Of a stretch of DNA of 64,000 bases, positions 28,970 to 38,373 are shown one piece after another; within the stretch, counting starts at the first letter, position 1; every line of letters starts with the position of its first letter. The position numbers and the translations under genes are program-made. The stretch comes from Terriglobia bacterium (GTDB lineage: Bacteria; Acidobacteriota; Terriglobia; 20CM-2-55-15). The stretch is from positions 448,001-512,000 of the forward strand of contig CBDCLE010000002.1 of NCBI GenBank assembly GCA_965218585.1, read 5' to 3'. The notes beneath the pieces were generated by a model. That model had not been told where the DNA came from. It made no database searches and saw only the letters and a list, made by a program, of their open reading frames with translations.

Positions 28970-29908
28970 ATGAGAGTCGCAATCCTCGACGATATTCACC
29001 GGGCCTATCATGTGACCGAAGGCGTGCGGAGGTTACGCGAGCGGGCCGAGGTTCGTATCTTCACCGGTCCTGTCGGTGACCCTTCCGTGCTCGGCGGTTT
29101 CGATGCGTTGTTGGCGAACAGAGAACGGACACACTTTACACGGGAACTGTTCGATCAATTGCCTGACTTGAAAATCATCGCCCAGACTGGAACTCACATA
29201 AACCACATCGATCTCGAGGCCGCGACCGAGCATGGTGTCGTGGTAGCGAAAGCCGCCTCGGGACATGCCTATGGCGCCGTCGAACTCACGATAGGTTTGA
29301 TGATCGCCCTCATGCGGCAGATACCAGTGCAGGACAATGCCGTGAAGAATGGGGAGTGGTCCACACCTCTGACTCCGGCATTGCACGGTAAGACTCTCGG
29401 TATTGTCGGGTTCGGACGGATCGGGCAGCATGTGGCACGTGTGGCCCAGGCGCTGGACATGCAAGTTGTGGCCTGGGGACCGCGCCTGACCGCGGTGTCG
29501 GCCGGGGAAGCGGGGGTTCGGTTCCGACCCCTCGACGATCTGCTCGGTGAGTCCGACGTTGTGTCGATTCACGCAGCGCTCAAACCCGAGTCACGCGGAC
29601 TGATTGATGCCCGACGGCTCGGCCTGATGAAACCTTCCGCCTACCTTGTGAATACAGCGCGCGGCCCGATCGTCGATGAAGCGGCTTTGGTTGAAGCCCT
29701 GGCCGAAGGACGGATCGCCGGAGCCGGCCTCGATGTTTTCGACGAAGAGCCTCTTGCCGTCGGACACGCTCTGACTAAGCTTTCGAACGTCATCCTGACA
29801 CCGCACATGGGGTGGACGACCGATTATCGGTATGAAGTCTTCGCAACCGGTGCGGCCGATGTGTTGATTGCGTACCTGGATGGTGAAGAGGTGGAGAGGT
29901 TTACCTAG
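28970..29908 (+). CDS. D-2-hydroxyacid dehydrogenase family protein
   Basis: MRVAILDD, GIVGFGRIG, LVNTARGPIVDE, LDVFDEEP, TPHMG. Confidence 0.92.
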   Translation: MRVAILDDIHRAYHVTEGVRRLRERAEVRIFTGPVGDPSVLGGFDALLANRERTHFTRELFDQLPDLKIIAQTGTHINHIDLEAATEHGVVVAKAASGHAYGAVELTIGLMIALMRQIPVQDNAVKNGEWSTPLTPALHGKTLGIVGFGRIGQHVARVAQALDMQVVAWGPRLTAVSAGEAGVRFRPLDDLLGESDVVSIHAALKPESRGLIDARRLGLMKPSAYLVNTARGPIVDEAALVEALAEGRIAGAGLDVFDEEPLAVGHALTKLSNVILTPHMGWTTDYRYEVFATGAADVLIAYLDGEEVERFT

Positions 29909-29917
29909 CTGGGGGCA

Positions 29918-29998
29918 GAAGATTGCGGGGGTCGCCCCTCGTTCGGCCCAACGCGTTTAATGCGACAAAGGCGGTCGGCCGTATGAACGAGGGAGCGA
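29918..29998. repeat. Bulged hairpin repeat, copy 1
   Basis: GAAGATTGCG..GGTCGCCCCTCGTTCG ... ATGAACGAGGGAGCGA; second copy at 34674-34744. Confidence 0.75.
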
Positions 29999-30012
29999 GA
30001 CTGCTTTGGTTT

Positions 30013-30753
30013 CTATGTCGCAGAAGCGGCAGCCGGCTTCAAAGCTTTCAACGCGTCGATCAATTGCTCAGAAGAACTGACCCACCCAAACCGCGCCTGA
30101 ATGATTTCTAACGACGCATCATGGCTTTCCTTTGGAAACTCGCTTGCGCAGTCGGCGGCCAGGACGGACGAGTAATCCCGGAACATCGCATCCCGGATCG
30201 TCGATTCGACACATACGCTCGTCGTGCATCCCGCCACGATCAGATAGCGAACGCCCATCTCTGTCAGAATTGCATCGAGGTCGGTCTCGTAGAATCCGCT
30301 GAATCGTGTCTTGTACATAACCCGGTCTCCGGGCTCGGGGCGGAGGGCGTCGACGATTTCCGTGTTCCATGTGTCACGGACCAGTATGCGGCTTTCTTCG
30401 CCCGCGGGGGACATCACTTCCTTACCGACATTCAGGAACTCATGTTGATTTCGATTAGGCGAAGCAGGCGCGCCCATGTCGGAGAGATCCTCGCTATACG
30501 CCATCTTGAGATAGATCGTAGGGATGCCCGCACGGCGGGTAGCTGCTAGCAATCTCTGGGTTGGAGGCACGACTTTCTGTATCGCTGTGACATCCAACCC
30601 TGCCCGATCAAACATGCCGCCGGGGGTTCCGAAGTCATTCTGCATATCGATGACAATCGTCGCCGTTTTCCTGGTGTCCAGAGAAAGTGGCCGCGGGCGG
30701 GCTTCGACTGTAACGTTTGAAGCGGAGTTTTGCATTTCAGATGTATCTTGCAT
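30013..30753 (-). CDS. Isochorismatase-family cysteine hydrolase (RutB-like)
   Basis: VIDMQNDFGTPGGMFD, KTRFSGFYET, GCTTSVCVESTIRDAMFRDY. Confidence 0.88.
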   Translation of the reverse strand: MQDTSEMQNSASNVTVEARPRPLSLDTRKTATIVIDMQNDFGTPGGMFDRAGLDVTAIQKVVPPTQRLLAATRRAGIPTIYLKMAYSEDLSDMGAPASPNRNQHEFLNVGKEVMSPAGEESRILVRDTWNTEIVDALRPEPGDRVMYKTRFSGFYETDLDAILTEMGVRYLIVAGCTTSVCVESTIRDAMFRDYSSVLAADCASEFPKESHDASLEIIQARFGWVSSSEQLIDALKALKPAAASAT

Positions 30754-30791
30754 TCCGATGTCCTCCAGTACGCCGATCGACTAACGGATTC

Positions 30792-32282
30792 TCAGTCACT
30801 CGTTGCCGAGCCGCTGGCCGGCATGGCTCCCGTGTATTCCAGAACGAACAGGCCACCGCTCGCACGGTCGGAAGCATACGCCAGTCCTCGATGATCCAGA
30901 TCGACATCGTCGATCTGAATGACTACTGGCTGGCCTTCGACTATGGGATGGGAGTTTTCGTTGGGTTCCGGGATGTAGTATCCGATCTCCCTCAGGTTGT
31001 AGGGATCGGAAAGATCCAGGATCCGAACGCCTGCGTTGAAGTAGGCGATCCATGCGATCTTGTCCTCAAAACGGTTGATCGTTCCGTTCACGGTTTCAGC
31101 CGACTGGTGCGGTCCGAAGCGCCCACCCTTGTCGCAGAAATTGTCTACCCAAACCTGCCACGTGGAGACGGGGAACGGGCTGTCCTCATGTGTGATGTCA
31201 TACATGTAGGATTTTGCCCGAACACCGCTCGGGCACGGAGCTATGTCGGCGCCCCCAGCCTCGTCCACGACCAGCGCATAAGTCCGGGGGAGCGCGTCTC
31301 CCATGAAGTTCGGAACTTCTTCGTACACGATCGGCGACACCGTGTGAGGTCCGCGTCCGGGAGGCGAAGTGTCGATCATCCAGACCAGCGTTGGGCTTGT
31401 GGGATCGGAAATATCCCATGACGCGGTGTGGCCGGCTTCACAGAAACCTGCATAAATCCGGTTGTTTTCTTCGTCCACAATCGGGTGGTGTGCGTATTGG
31501 CCTTTGAATCCGTCCTCTCCGTCCTTCTGGCCCGGGCCCCAGGCCCGACCTAAGAAGACGGGGCTGGTCGGATCTCCGAGGTCCCAGATCTGGATCAGCG
31601 CGCCCCCGAACCCGGGCTCGCCGGCCGCTGAATAGAAGTAGCCGGTTTCTTCCGACCACCATCCTTTGTGCGCCCTCTGGATGAAGTTTCCACCACAGCC
31701 TGGACCGCATGAATTTGCCGGGGTCCCGGTGATCTCGGATACCAGTGAGATCTCTGAAGGGTCGGTATCACGCGAAGTGATGTCGAAGATCTGGAACCTC
31801 AGGTCGTCCCCGGCCTCGGAGTTTCGAATCAGGTAGTCGGCGCCCGACCCGTCGAATTCGTAGTCATAGACGACGGATACACCGCGCGAGTTGGCATTGA
31901 CTTCTTTGGGGATGTGCCACACGAGTTGCGGGTTCTGAGGGTCCGAAATTTCGAGAATCGAAGTCCCGTTCCACTCCATCTGGCCCGTGATCGGGTTAAA
32001 GCGCTGCTCGCCGTCGTAGTAGCTTTCATGATGGCCGACATAGACCCAGTTCCCATTGGCTTCGTCCGACTTGGTCGTGACGACCAGCGTCTCACGTCCC
32101 TGGAGGTCGTTGTAGCCAACGAGTCGCACGTTCTCCGCTTCTACGCCCGCAGGCACTTCAGAACCGACGCCGTCTTCCGAAGCAGGCCCTTCGGCCGAAC
32201 ACGCCGTAACGAACAACAGAAGCGCTAGGGCGGGCAATATCTTTAGGATTCGGGTCCCTCGAGAGCGTTCTGGATCAATCAT
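30792..32282 (-). CDS. LVIVD-repeat-like beta-propeller lipoprotein
   Basis: VTAC lipobox; repeated I.DISDP..P..V units; GGRFGPH, AYFNAGVRILDLSDP. Confidence 0.8.
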   Translation of the reverse strand: MIDPERSRGTRILKILPALALLLFVTACSAEGPASEDGVGSEVPAGVEAENVRLVGYNDLQGRETLVVTTKSDEANGNWVYVGHHESYYDGEQRFNPITGQMEWNGTSILEISDPQNPQLVWHIPKEVNANSRGVSVVYDYEFDGSGADYLIRNSEAGDDLRFQIFDITSRDTDPSEISLVSEITGTPANSCGPGCGGNFIQRAHKGWWSEETGYFYSAAGEPGFGGALIQIWDLGDPTSPVFLGRAWGPGQKDGEDGFKGQYAHHPIVDEENNRIYAGFCEAGHTASWDISDPTSPTLVWMIDTSPPGRGPHTVSPIVYEEVPNFMGDALPRTYALVVDEAGGADIAPCPSGVRAKSYMYDITHEDSPFPVSTWQVWVDNFCDKGGRFGPHQSAETVNGTINRFEDKIAWIAYFNAGVRILDLSDPYNLREIGYYIPEPNENSHPIVEGQPVVIQIDDVDLDHRGLAYASDRASGGLFVLEYTGAMPASGSATSD

Positions 32283-32490
32283 GTCGGTGCCTCCGTCAGT
32301 CTCGAAAACTGGCCAAATGTTACGAGGCGATCCCATAGCAGTCAAGGAGTCAAAAGGCGAGCGGCTTTCCTTTGACCACCCGACCTGTTCTCTGTATCAT
32401 CTGGCGCAAGATTTGGGAACATAACGCCACCATCATTCCCGAAAACTGGGGAATGTCCTCATGTTTTCGGTTAACCGGGAGTACATACGC

Positions 32491-33267
32491 ATGGGACGAG
32501 TGATTGTTTTCGTTTACGGATTTGTTTCCTACCTCGTGTTCTTTGGAACCTTCCTTTACGCGATCGGTTTCATCGGAAACTGGGTCGTTCCCAAGACGAT
32601 GGACTCCGGAGCACAGGGTCCGTTCGCTACAGCGCTGGTCATTAATGCGTTGCTGTTGGGCGTTTTCGCTGTGCAACACAGTTTGATGGCACGCCAATCG
32701 TTCAAACGTGCGCTCACGAAGGTCATACCGGAACCCGCCGAGCGGAGCACTTATGTCCTCCTGTCCAGTCTGGCATTGATTCTCCTCTTCTGGCAGTGGC
32801 GCCCGATGGGTGGGGTTCTCTGGGATGTACAGGATTCGACCTTGCGGATAATCCTGTCAGCGGTCTATCTGTCGGGGATTGGAATCGTTCTGATTTCGAC
32901 GTTTCTGATCAACCATTTTGATCTGTTCGGGCTCCGTCAGGTGTGGATCCATTTGAAAGGACAGCCGTACGAGTCGCTCCCGTTCCGGACGCCGGGACCG
33001 TACAAGCATATCCGCCATCCGCTTTACGTTGGATGGCTGATCGCCTTCTGGGTGACACCGACGATGACTGGAGCTCACTTGTTGTTCGCCGTTGCAACGA
33101 CGGCGTACATCCTTATTGCTATACAGTTCGAAGAGAAGGATCTGGTCGCATACCACGGAAGCCATTACGAGAACTACAAGCGCACGGTGCCTATGATCAT
33201 TCCCAGCCTCAAGCCGAAGTATCGTGGTGAGATCGATGGCGGTGCCGGGACCGAGACGACGGGTTGA
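32491..33267 (+). CDS. mddA: Methanethiol S-methyltransferase (ICMT family)
   Basis: YLVFFGTFLYAIGFIGN, QHSLMAR, ERSTYVL, LFWQWRP, STFLINHFDLFGLRQVW, RHPLYVG, PTMT..HLLFA. Confidence 0.85.
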   Translation: MGRVIVFVYGFVSYLVFFGTFLYAIGFIGNWVVPKTMDSGAQGPFATALVINALLLGVFAVQHSLMARQSFKRALTKVIPEPAERSTYVLLSSLALILLFWQWRPMGGVLWDVQDSTLRIILSAVYLSGIGIVLISTFLINHFDLFGLRQVWIHLKGQPYESLPFRTPGPYKHIRHPLYVGWLIAFWVTPTMTGAHLLFAVATTAYILIAIQFEEKDLVAYHGSHYENYKRTVPMIIPSLKPKYRGEIDGGAGTETTG

Positions 33268-33371
33268 TCTTTTTCGGCCGTCACCTGTCGTTTTTCTAAG
33301 AACCGGTTCGGTTGAGGACTGCAGGTGCGTTTTACGGGCGCGCCTGCAGGGCAGCCGTCCTTTGTGTCTTT

Positions 33372-33396
33372 GTGCGGTCATAGACCGCACCTACAG
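33372..33396 (-). repeat. GTAG-type REP element
   Basis: Minus strand GTAG-GTGCGGTC-TAT-GACCGCAC, perfect 8-bp stem; degenerate partner hairpin at 33319-33349. Confidence 0.85.
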
Positions 33397-33407
33397 AAGT
33401 CCTTCTC

Positions 33408-34589
33408 TCAGGAAGTGCGGATGAGCGAGTACCGCGCGTCCGCGGCCAGACACGCGGCTTCGGGCAGACCGATTTCCTTGCGCACGACGTTCGTTCCCAG
33501 TACAAGCGACACCATCTTGTAGGCCGCGTGCCTGCGGCTCATTCCTTCGCGACCCATACCGCAGTCAGAGCAGACTATGAGACGCTCCGCGGGAATATGT
33601 TTGAGCGAGAGGCGGATGAGCTCGGCCACCTCGTCGGCTGATTCGATCTGCAGCGTGTGGTGGTCGATCACGCCGATACCCACCTTCTTTTCGGTGATCT
33701 CCTGACCGATGGCCTCCAGATCGATCGCGCCGGAACTCTTCGTTTCGAACGTGATGACGTCGGCGTCCACCCGGTTCAGGATTTCAAGGGCAGGCTTGTA
33801 AGACTGCACTTCGGCAAACATCCGTTGCTGAGATGGATTTCCCCAACATGTGTGGCACCAAACTTCGGTCTTCTCGCGTAATCCCTTCACAGTATTGTTG
33901 AAGACCTTGAGCATGAACTCGGGATTGATCACGTCATCGACGATGCCGCGCGCAGCCAGCAGGTGAATCTGAGGCTCTTCCATCTGGATGACCGGACAAC
34001 CCGCATCAGCCAGATCATGCAACTCTTCGTTAAACGCGTCGCTGATAGCCATGATGCGGGAGGGCAAGTCCTTGTAGTGCCCGTCCTGAACGGCAAAGGC
34101 AACCAGTTCAGGGGTTACTGTCCCGAACTTGATCGGCCGCGTTGTCAGACGCTGAGCTGTTTTCCATATTTCGGTGTATTGCATCTCGCCGCGTGCCACA
34201 GGACCCACGATCTTGGGCATGACGCGCGCTTCAAGGTAGTCGTGGAGAATATGACCACGGGGGAAAGCTATACCTCCGGCACCGGCCCGAGCCAATTCAG
34301 GCCGCGTCGCTTCGAAGCCTGTCATGTGGTGAGGCGGATAACTCGTCCAGCTCTGACCACCTACGTCCTGATCGAATCGGCAGTCTCCATCGGTACAGAT
34401 GTCCAGGCCTGCGATTTCCTGGTCCCGCAGATAAACCGCGAGCGCATCGACGTACTGCTCCCGAAACTTGGAGCTCACCATGGCATCCAGAAACGACCGG
34501 GTTCCCAGGTTCTCAGTCTGCCAGCTCGGTCGGGGCAGGGAGCCAATGACTGTCGTGGGTAGTGTTTTGCCGGCTGTTGCGTTCAACAT
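33408..34589 (-). CDS. Cobalamin-independent methionine synthase II-like single-barrel Zn enzyme
   Basis: TTVIGSLPRP, DQEIAGLDICTDGD, QMEEP, HTCWGN Zn ligands, GVIDH, SDCGM. Confidence 0.88.
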   Translation of the reverse strand: MLNATAGKTLPTTVIGSLPRPSWQTENLGTRSFLDAMVSSKFREQYVDALAVYLRDQEIAGLDICTDGDCRFDQDVGGQSWTSYPPHHMTGFEATRPELARAGAGGIAFPRGHILHDYLEARVMPKIVGPVARGEMQYTEIWKTAQRLTTRPIKFGTVTPELVAFAVQDGHYKDLPSRIMAISDAFNEELHDLADAGCPVIQMEEPQIHLLAARGIVDDVINPEFMLKVFNNTVKGLREKTEVWCHTCWGNPSQQRMFAEVQSYKPALEILNRVDADVITFETKSSGAIDLEAIGQEITEKKVGIGVIDHHTLQIESADEVAELIRLSLKHIPAERLIVCSDCGMGREGMSRRHAAYKMVSLVLGTNVVRKEIGLPEAACLAADARYSLIRTS

Positions 34590-34673
34590 GAAGCGTCTCC
34601 TGACTTATTCATATAACCCCGTCTTCTGGATCAGTGGGTGGTTCGGCTCTTTCCCAACAGGCATCGCAGTCAG

Positions 34674-34744
34674 GAAGACTGCGATGGTCGCCCCTCTTCG
34701 ACATAAGAAGCCCAGACAGGATGTCTGAATGAACGAGGGAGCGA
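34674..34744. repeat. Bulged hairpin repeat, copy 2
   Basis: GAAGACTGCGATGGTCGCCCCTCTTCG ... ATGAACGAGGGAGCGA. Confidence 0.75.
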
Positions 34745-34772
34745 AATCTTCTCGTGGTGTCTTTCGATTCTG

Positions 34773-35807
34773 TCACTCGCGGACCTTTTCCATGTTCCCT
34801 GAAACTGACGAGCGCACAATCGCTTCGGTGACGGCCGCACCGTGAATCATCTGATCCAGAGGAATTGGAAATTCCGATCCGTTACTTGCCGCATTCGCAA
34901 ACGATTCCAGGGCCGCGCGGGTGACGTCGAGTGTTTCGGCCTCCCATACCTCTGCCTTGCCTTTGGCGGGCTGGAACCTGCACGTCCCGAACAGCCGCGT
35001 GCGCCGTTCTTCCGATGACGCGCCTCTCACGTGCGTCATGCCTTCCAGGCGGACCCATCCCTTCGAGCCAAACACCTGGAAACTGAATCCCGGACCGGTG
35101 GCCGTCAAGGTTCCCAGGTAGCCCGACATACCTTCTTTCATGCGGAACAGAATCGACGTTGTGTCGTCATTGTCTATCTCAACGACCCGGCGAAGGCTCT
35201 GGCAAAAGACGCTGTCGATGGGACCGCAGAGATCGATCATGCTGTCGACGGCGTGGACTCCCATCGGCGTGAGCCCACCGCAAGGTGTTTCGTTCCGTTG
35301 TGCACGCCATTGCTCCGGGCTTAGCATCAGCGCGTTGGGAAACGTCATCGTGGCCTCGACGTGCATGATCGTTCCCAGTTCTCCGCTCCGGATCCGGTCC
35401 CTCAGCTTGTTCATCTCGGGATGGAAACGACGGTTGTATCCAAGGCCCAACGTGACACCCGCCTTCTTGGTTGCAGAAACAGCGGATTCGGCCGCGGCGC
35501 CCGAAAGTGCGAGCGGTTTCTCGCAGAAAACATGTTTTCCGGCTTCGGCGGCCACGATCACCTGGGGAGCGTGAACCGAGTGAGGGGTTGCCAGCACAAT
35601 GGCATCTACTTTCGGGTTCGCGATCAGCGCATCCAGATTCTCAGAAAGTTCCAACCCCTGATCCTTTGCGAACGTCTCGACTTCGGGAGACACGGTGCGT
35701 GTTGCGCCCGCGATGAACCGGATCACGTCGCTCGTTCCCTGGACCGATTCCACAATTGTTTTACCCCACCATCCAAGTCCTACGATGGCCGCGTTGATCA
35801 TTCCCAC
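34773..35807 (-). CDS. Gfo/Idh/MocA family oxidoreductase
   Basis: AIVGLGWWG, ATPHSVH, GKHVFCEKP, GYNRRFHP, MGVH. Confidence 0.92.
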   Translation of the reverse strand: MGMINAAIVGLGWWGKTIVESVQGTSDVIRFIAGATRTVSPEVETFAKDQGLELSENLDALIANPKVDAIVLATPHSVHAPQVIVAAEAGKHVFCEKPLALSGAAAESAVSATKKAGVTLGLGYNRRFHPEMNKLRDRIRSGELGTIMHVEATMTFPNALMLSPEQWRAQRNETPCGGLTPMGVHAVDSMIDLCGPIDSVFCQSLRRVVEIDNDDTTSILFRMKEGMSGYLGTLTATGPGFSFQVFGSKGWVRLEGMTHVRGASSEERRTRLFGTCRFQPAKGKAEVWEAETLDVTRAALESFANAASNGSEFPIPLDQMIHGAAVTEAIVRSSVSGNMEKVRE

Positions 35808-35839
35808 TCTTCTCCTGATCTCTTAGTTGGGACCCGCTC

Positions 35840-37036
35840 CTACTCGAGCTGCCCGCGCACCCATTCCAGCTCCCGGCAGACATAGTCGACAATGTCTCCC
35901 GTCTTTAGATGGTCGGGCAGCACGTCCCACGTATAGGTTTCGATCTCGAGTTGACGCGACAACGGGTTCTTCTTGTGGAATGCGAGAGCGTCCTCGATGG
36001 CAAAGCGGGTCGTACGGAACGCACCGAGATCGTCCAGAAAGACCGGCACGTGGATGTGCGTGCGCCATTCCCTTGGCCCGGGATCCGTTTTCCAGGCGGC
36101 GAAGGCGTCTTCCAGGTTGAGAAACCGGTTAAAGCGTCCATCCTTCTTTTCGATCGTCTGGGTGAGATAAATTGTCTCTGCATACCGTGCGAGTTCATCG
36201 ACGATCTCCTCGGTCACCTCGGGAACGTATACCGCTGCCGCCTCCTGTAACTTGAAAATCGGAATGCCGGCGTCCACCAGCTTCTGCAAGGACACGGAAA
36301 TGTCTTCGTACTCGACCGCCTGATGGCAGATGTCGAAGACCACACCGAGATGGTTACGCAGGGCGACGTGTGCTTCCGATATCGGAATGCCTGCAAGTCT
36401 TGCGACTGTTGCTGCCGCCGCGCCCGAGTAGAGATGATTGGTGAAGTAATCGACGGCCTCGTCCGTCGTTTCCAGAAAGCAAAAAGGCTCTGGTTCGAGC
36501 GCAAGCCCGACCCTCCGCCCGGTCCGTGCCTCCAGTTCTACAAGGTGCGCGGCCACACGGAGCACGTGCTCGGTAAAGCTGGAAACAACGTCCGGGCCCG
36601 TCACCCGGGGCTTGAAGCCGAGCGGCGCGCTCTGAATCGATGGTGCCGTCCCAACTGGCGCGACATCTCCAAGAACTTCGGCGACATTGATCGTGTACTG
36701 AGTGCGCTCCTCAGAACGCCAGTCCGGTTCGTAGACGCGTTCCTTCACGATGCCCCCCTTGAAGGGTCCATAGGGGAAGGCGTTCACCGTGTAGAGGTAC
36801 ATGTCGTTGTCGTCGAGGAATTTCTTGAGATCGTTGCGCGCGGATTGATCCCGAACCAGGGTTTCGGCCGATGAGGCGGAAAGCCTCAGGGAAATTCCGA
36901 AAGTGTCATTGGGAGCAAACCGCGCTTTTACTTGTGGGCCATACTCGACAAGGCTCGCCCACATCTCATCCCAGGTATCGCCGGGATGGACGAGAGTCGA
37001 GTAGGTCAGAAGGCCGAGGCCGTTACCCAGGTCCAT
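35840..37036 (-). CDS. eboE: EboE-like TIM-barrel protein
   Basis: LTYSTLVHPG, TVNAFPYGPF, VKERVYEPDW, LALEPEPFC, DICHQAVEYE, WRTHIHVPVF, LEIETYTWDVLP, RELEWV; start ATG 37036. Confidence 0.85.
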   Translation of the reverse strand: MDLGNGLGLLTYSTLVHPGDTWDEMWASLVEYGPQVKARFAPNDTFGISLRLSASSAETLVRDQSARNDLKKFLDDNDMYLYTVNAFPYGPFKGGIVKERVYEPDWRSEERTQYTINVAEVLGDVAPVGTAPSIQSAPLGFKPRVTGPDVVSSFTEHVLRVAAHLVELEARTGRRVGLALEPEPFCFLETTDEAVDYFTNHLYSGAAAATVARLAGIPISEAHVALRNHLGVVFDICHQAVEYEDISVSLQKLVDAGIPIFKLQEAAAVYVPEVTEEIVDELARYAETIYLTQTIEKKDGRFNRFLNLEDAFAAWKTDPGPREWRTHIHVPVFLDDLGAFRTTRFAIEDALAFHKKNPLSRQLEIETYTWDVLPDHLKTGDIVDYVCRELEWVRGQLE

Positions 37037-37053
37037 TGATCTTTCGGACCCCT

Positions 37054-37935
37054 TCAGTCCAGGCCGCAGGCGCGTGCCTGTTCGAGGGCGAGCACGGCCC
37101 AATCTCTATCGCCATCGCCATGAGCCACGGCACTCAGTATCCGGTCGCGATAGACATTGACGCTCGGCAGGGGAACGCGTGCGACGTCGGCCGCTTCCAT
37201 GACCAGGTTCACGTCCTTCAGGCCCAATATCGTCGGGAAACCTGGCGCGTCCCAGGATTCATCGACCATGATCTTTCCGTAGACCTGGTAAGCGGGCGCT
37301 GCAAACAGACCTCCCGTCATTACATTGAACATGACCTCGGGTTTGACGTCGTACTTTCTTACCAGCGAGAACGCTTCGGCCATCGCTTCGATAGCGCAGC
37401 CCAATACGAAATTGTTGGTCAGTTTGATCGCGTTGGCAGCCTCGGGTCTCAAGCCGGCATCGAACGTGCCTTTGCCCATCGCATCGAACAGCGGTTTGCA
37501 TTTCGCGACGGCTTCAGCGGGTCCGGCGGGAACGATTCCGAGCTGGCCTGTTGCCGCAAGGTCGGGGCGTCCCAGAACGGGTGCAGCCACCAGGATTTGA
37601 TCCGATTCCTTATGGGCTTCGTCGAGAGCATGGACGACTTTGACACCGTGGGTACCCATCACGACATGAATCGAGCCAGCTGCCAAAGAGTCGCGTATGC
37701 CTCCGGTTTCGAGTGTCACTTTTTCGAGAATCGCATCTTCGGTGAGCATCGTGATGACGACTTCGCTCCCTGCACAGGCCTCCGAGACCGACGACGCCAC
37801 CTGTGCACCTGCTTTTGCCAGGTCTGCCGTTGCTTCGGGTATGACGTCATAAACCTTGAGCTCATGACCCGCGCCCAGGATCTGGCCCGACATTCCGCTG
37901 CCCATGCGACCCAGGCCAAAAAAACCGACTTTCAT
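37054..37935 (-). CDS. NAD(P)-dependent oxidoreductase, 3-hydroxyisobutyrate dehydrogenase family
   Basis: GFFGLGRMG, APVLGRP, KLTNN, LGLKDV. Confidence 0.9.
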   Translation of the reverse strand: MKVGFFGLGRMGSGMSGQILGAGHELKVYDVIPEATADLAKAGAQVASSVSEACAGSEVVITMLTEDAILEKVTLETGGIRDSLAAGSIHVVMGTHGVKVVHALDEAHKESDQILVAAPVLGRPDLAATGQLGIVPAGPAEAVAKCKPLFDAMGKGTFDAGLRPEAANAIKLTNNFVLGCAIEAMAEAFSLVRKYDVKPEVMFNVMTGGLFAAPAYQVYGKIMVDESWDAPGFPTILGLKDVNLVMEAADVARVPLPSVNVYRDRILSAVAHGDGDRDWAVLALEQARACGLD

Positions 37936-37964
37936 AATGCTTACCTCCAGAAAATATTAAATCG

Positions 37965-38369
37965 TCAGTCTCTCCCGGGCGTACCCCAGTTGAGCACCAT
38001 CCCGTCTTCTTTAATAACCTCGCTCCAGATGCCTGCGGGTCTCCCGTCCCTCATCGGCCGCGCGGTGATCGTAATCCGGTCGCCGGCCTGGAGGTCGTTC
38101 TTGAACACTCCGCCGCGAACCAGGATGCTCGGTCCTTCAGCCTCGAATCCCCAGGTCTGGGTCGAACCGTCCTCGTCAGTGACATCCACAATTAGCCAGG
38201 AATGGGGGTTAACATACTGAAATTCCTTAACCACGCCCTCGACGGTGATCGTCTTCTCACGTTCGAACATTTCGCCGGAGTGGTGCGCTGCGCCGGATCC
38301 TGCGTGGAACAGTAGAACCGCCGCTACGAATGAGGCAATGGACATTACTCTGAAATGTGACGCTCTCAC
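37965..38369 (-). CDS. DUF6152-like small exported protein
   Basis: Signal peptide then AAHHS, FQYVNPHSWLIVDV, W.FE, GDRITITARP.RDG. Confidence 0.8.
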   Translation of the reverse strand: MRASHFRVMSIASFVAAVLLFHAGSGAAHHSGEMFEREKTITVEGVVKEFQYVNPHSWLIVDVTDEDGSTQTWGFEAEGPSILVRGGVFKNDLQAGDRITITARPMRDGRPAGIWSEVIKEDGMVLNWGTPGRD

Positions 38370-38373
38370 TTGG

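Noticed and set aside
36871-38220. Long antisense ORFs (449 aa here; also 12803-13792, 45631-46500, 50409-51314, 60165-61010)
   Set aside because: Shadow frames opposite well-supported genes, expected in GC-rich DNA; no motifs
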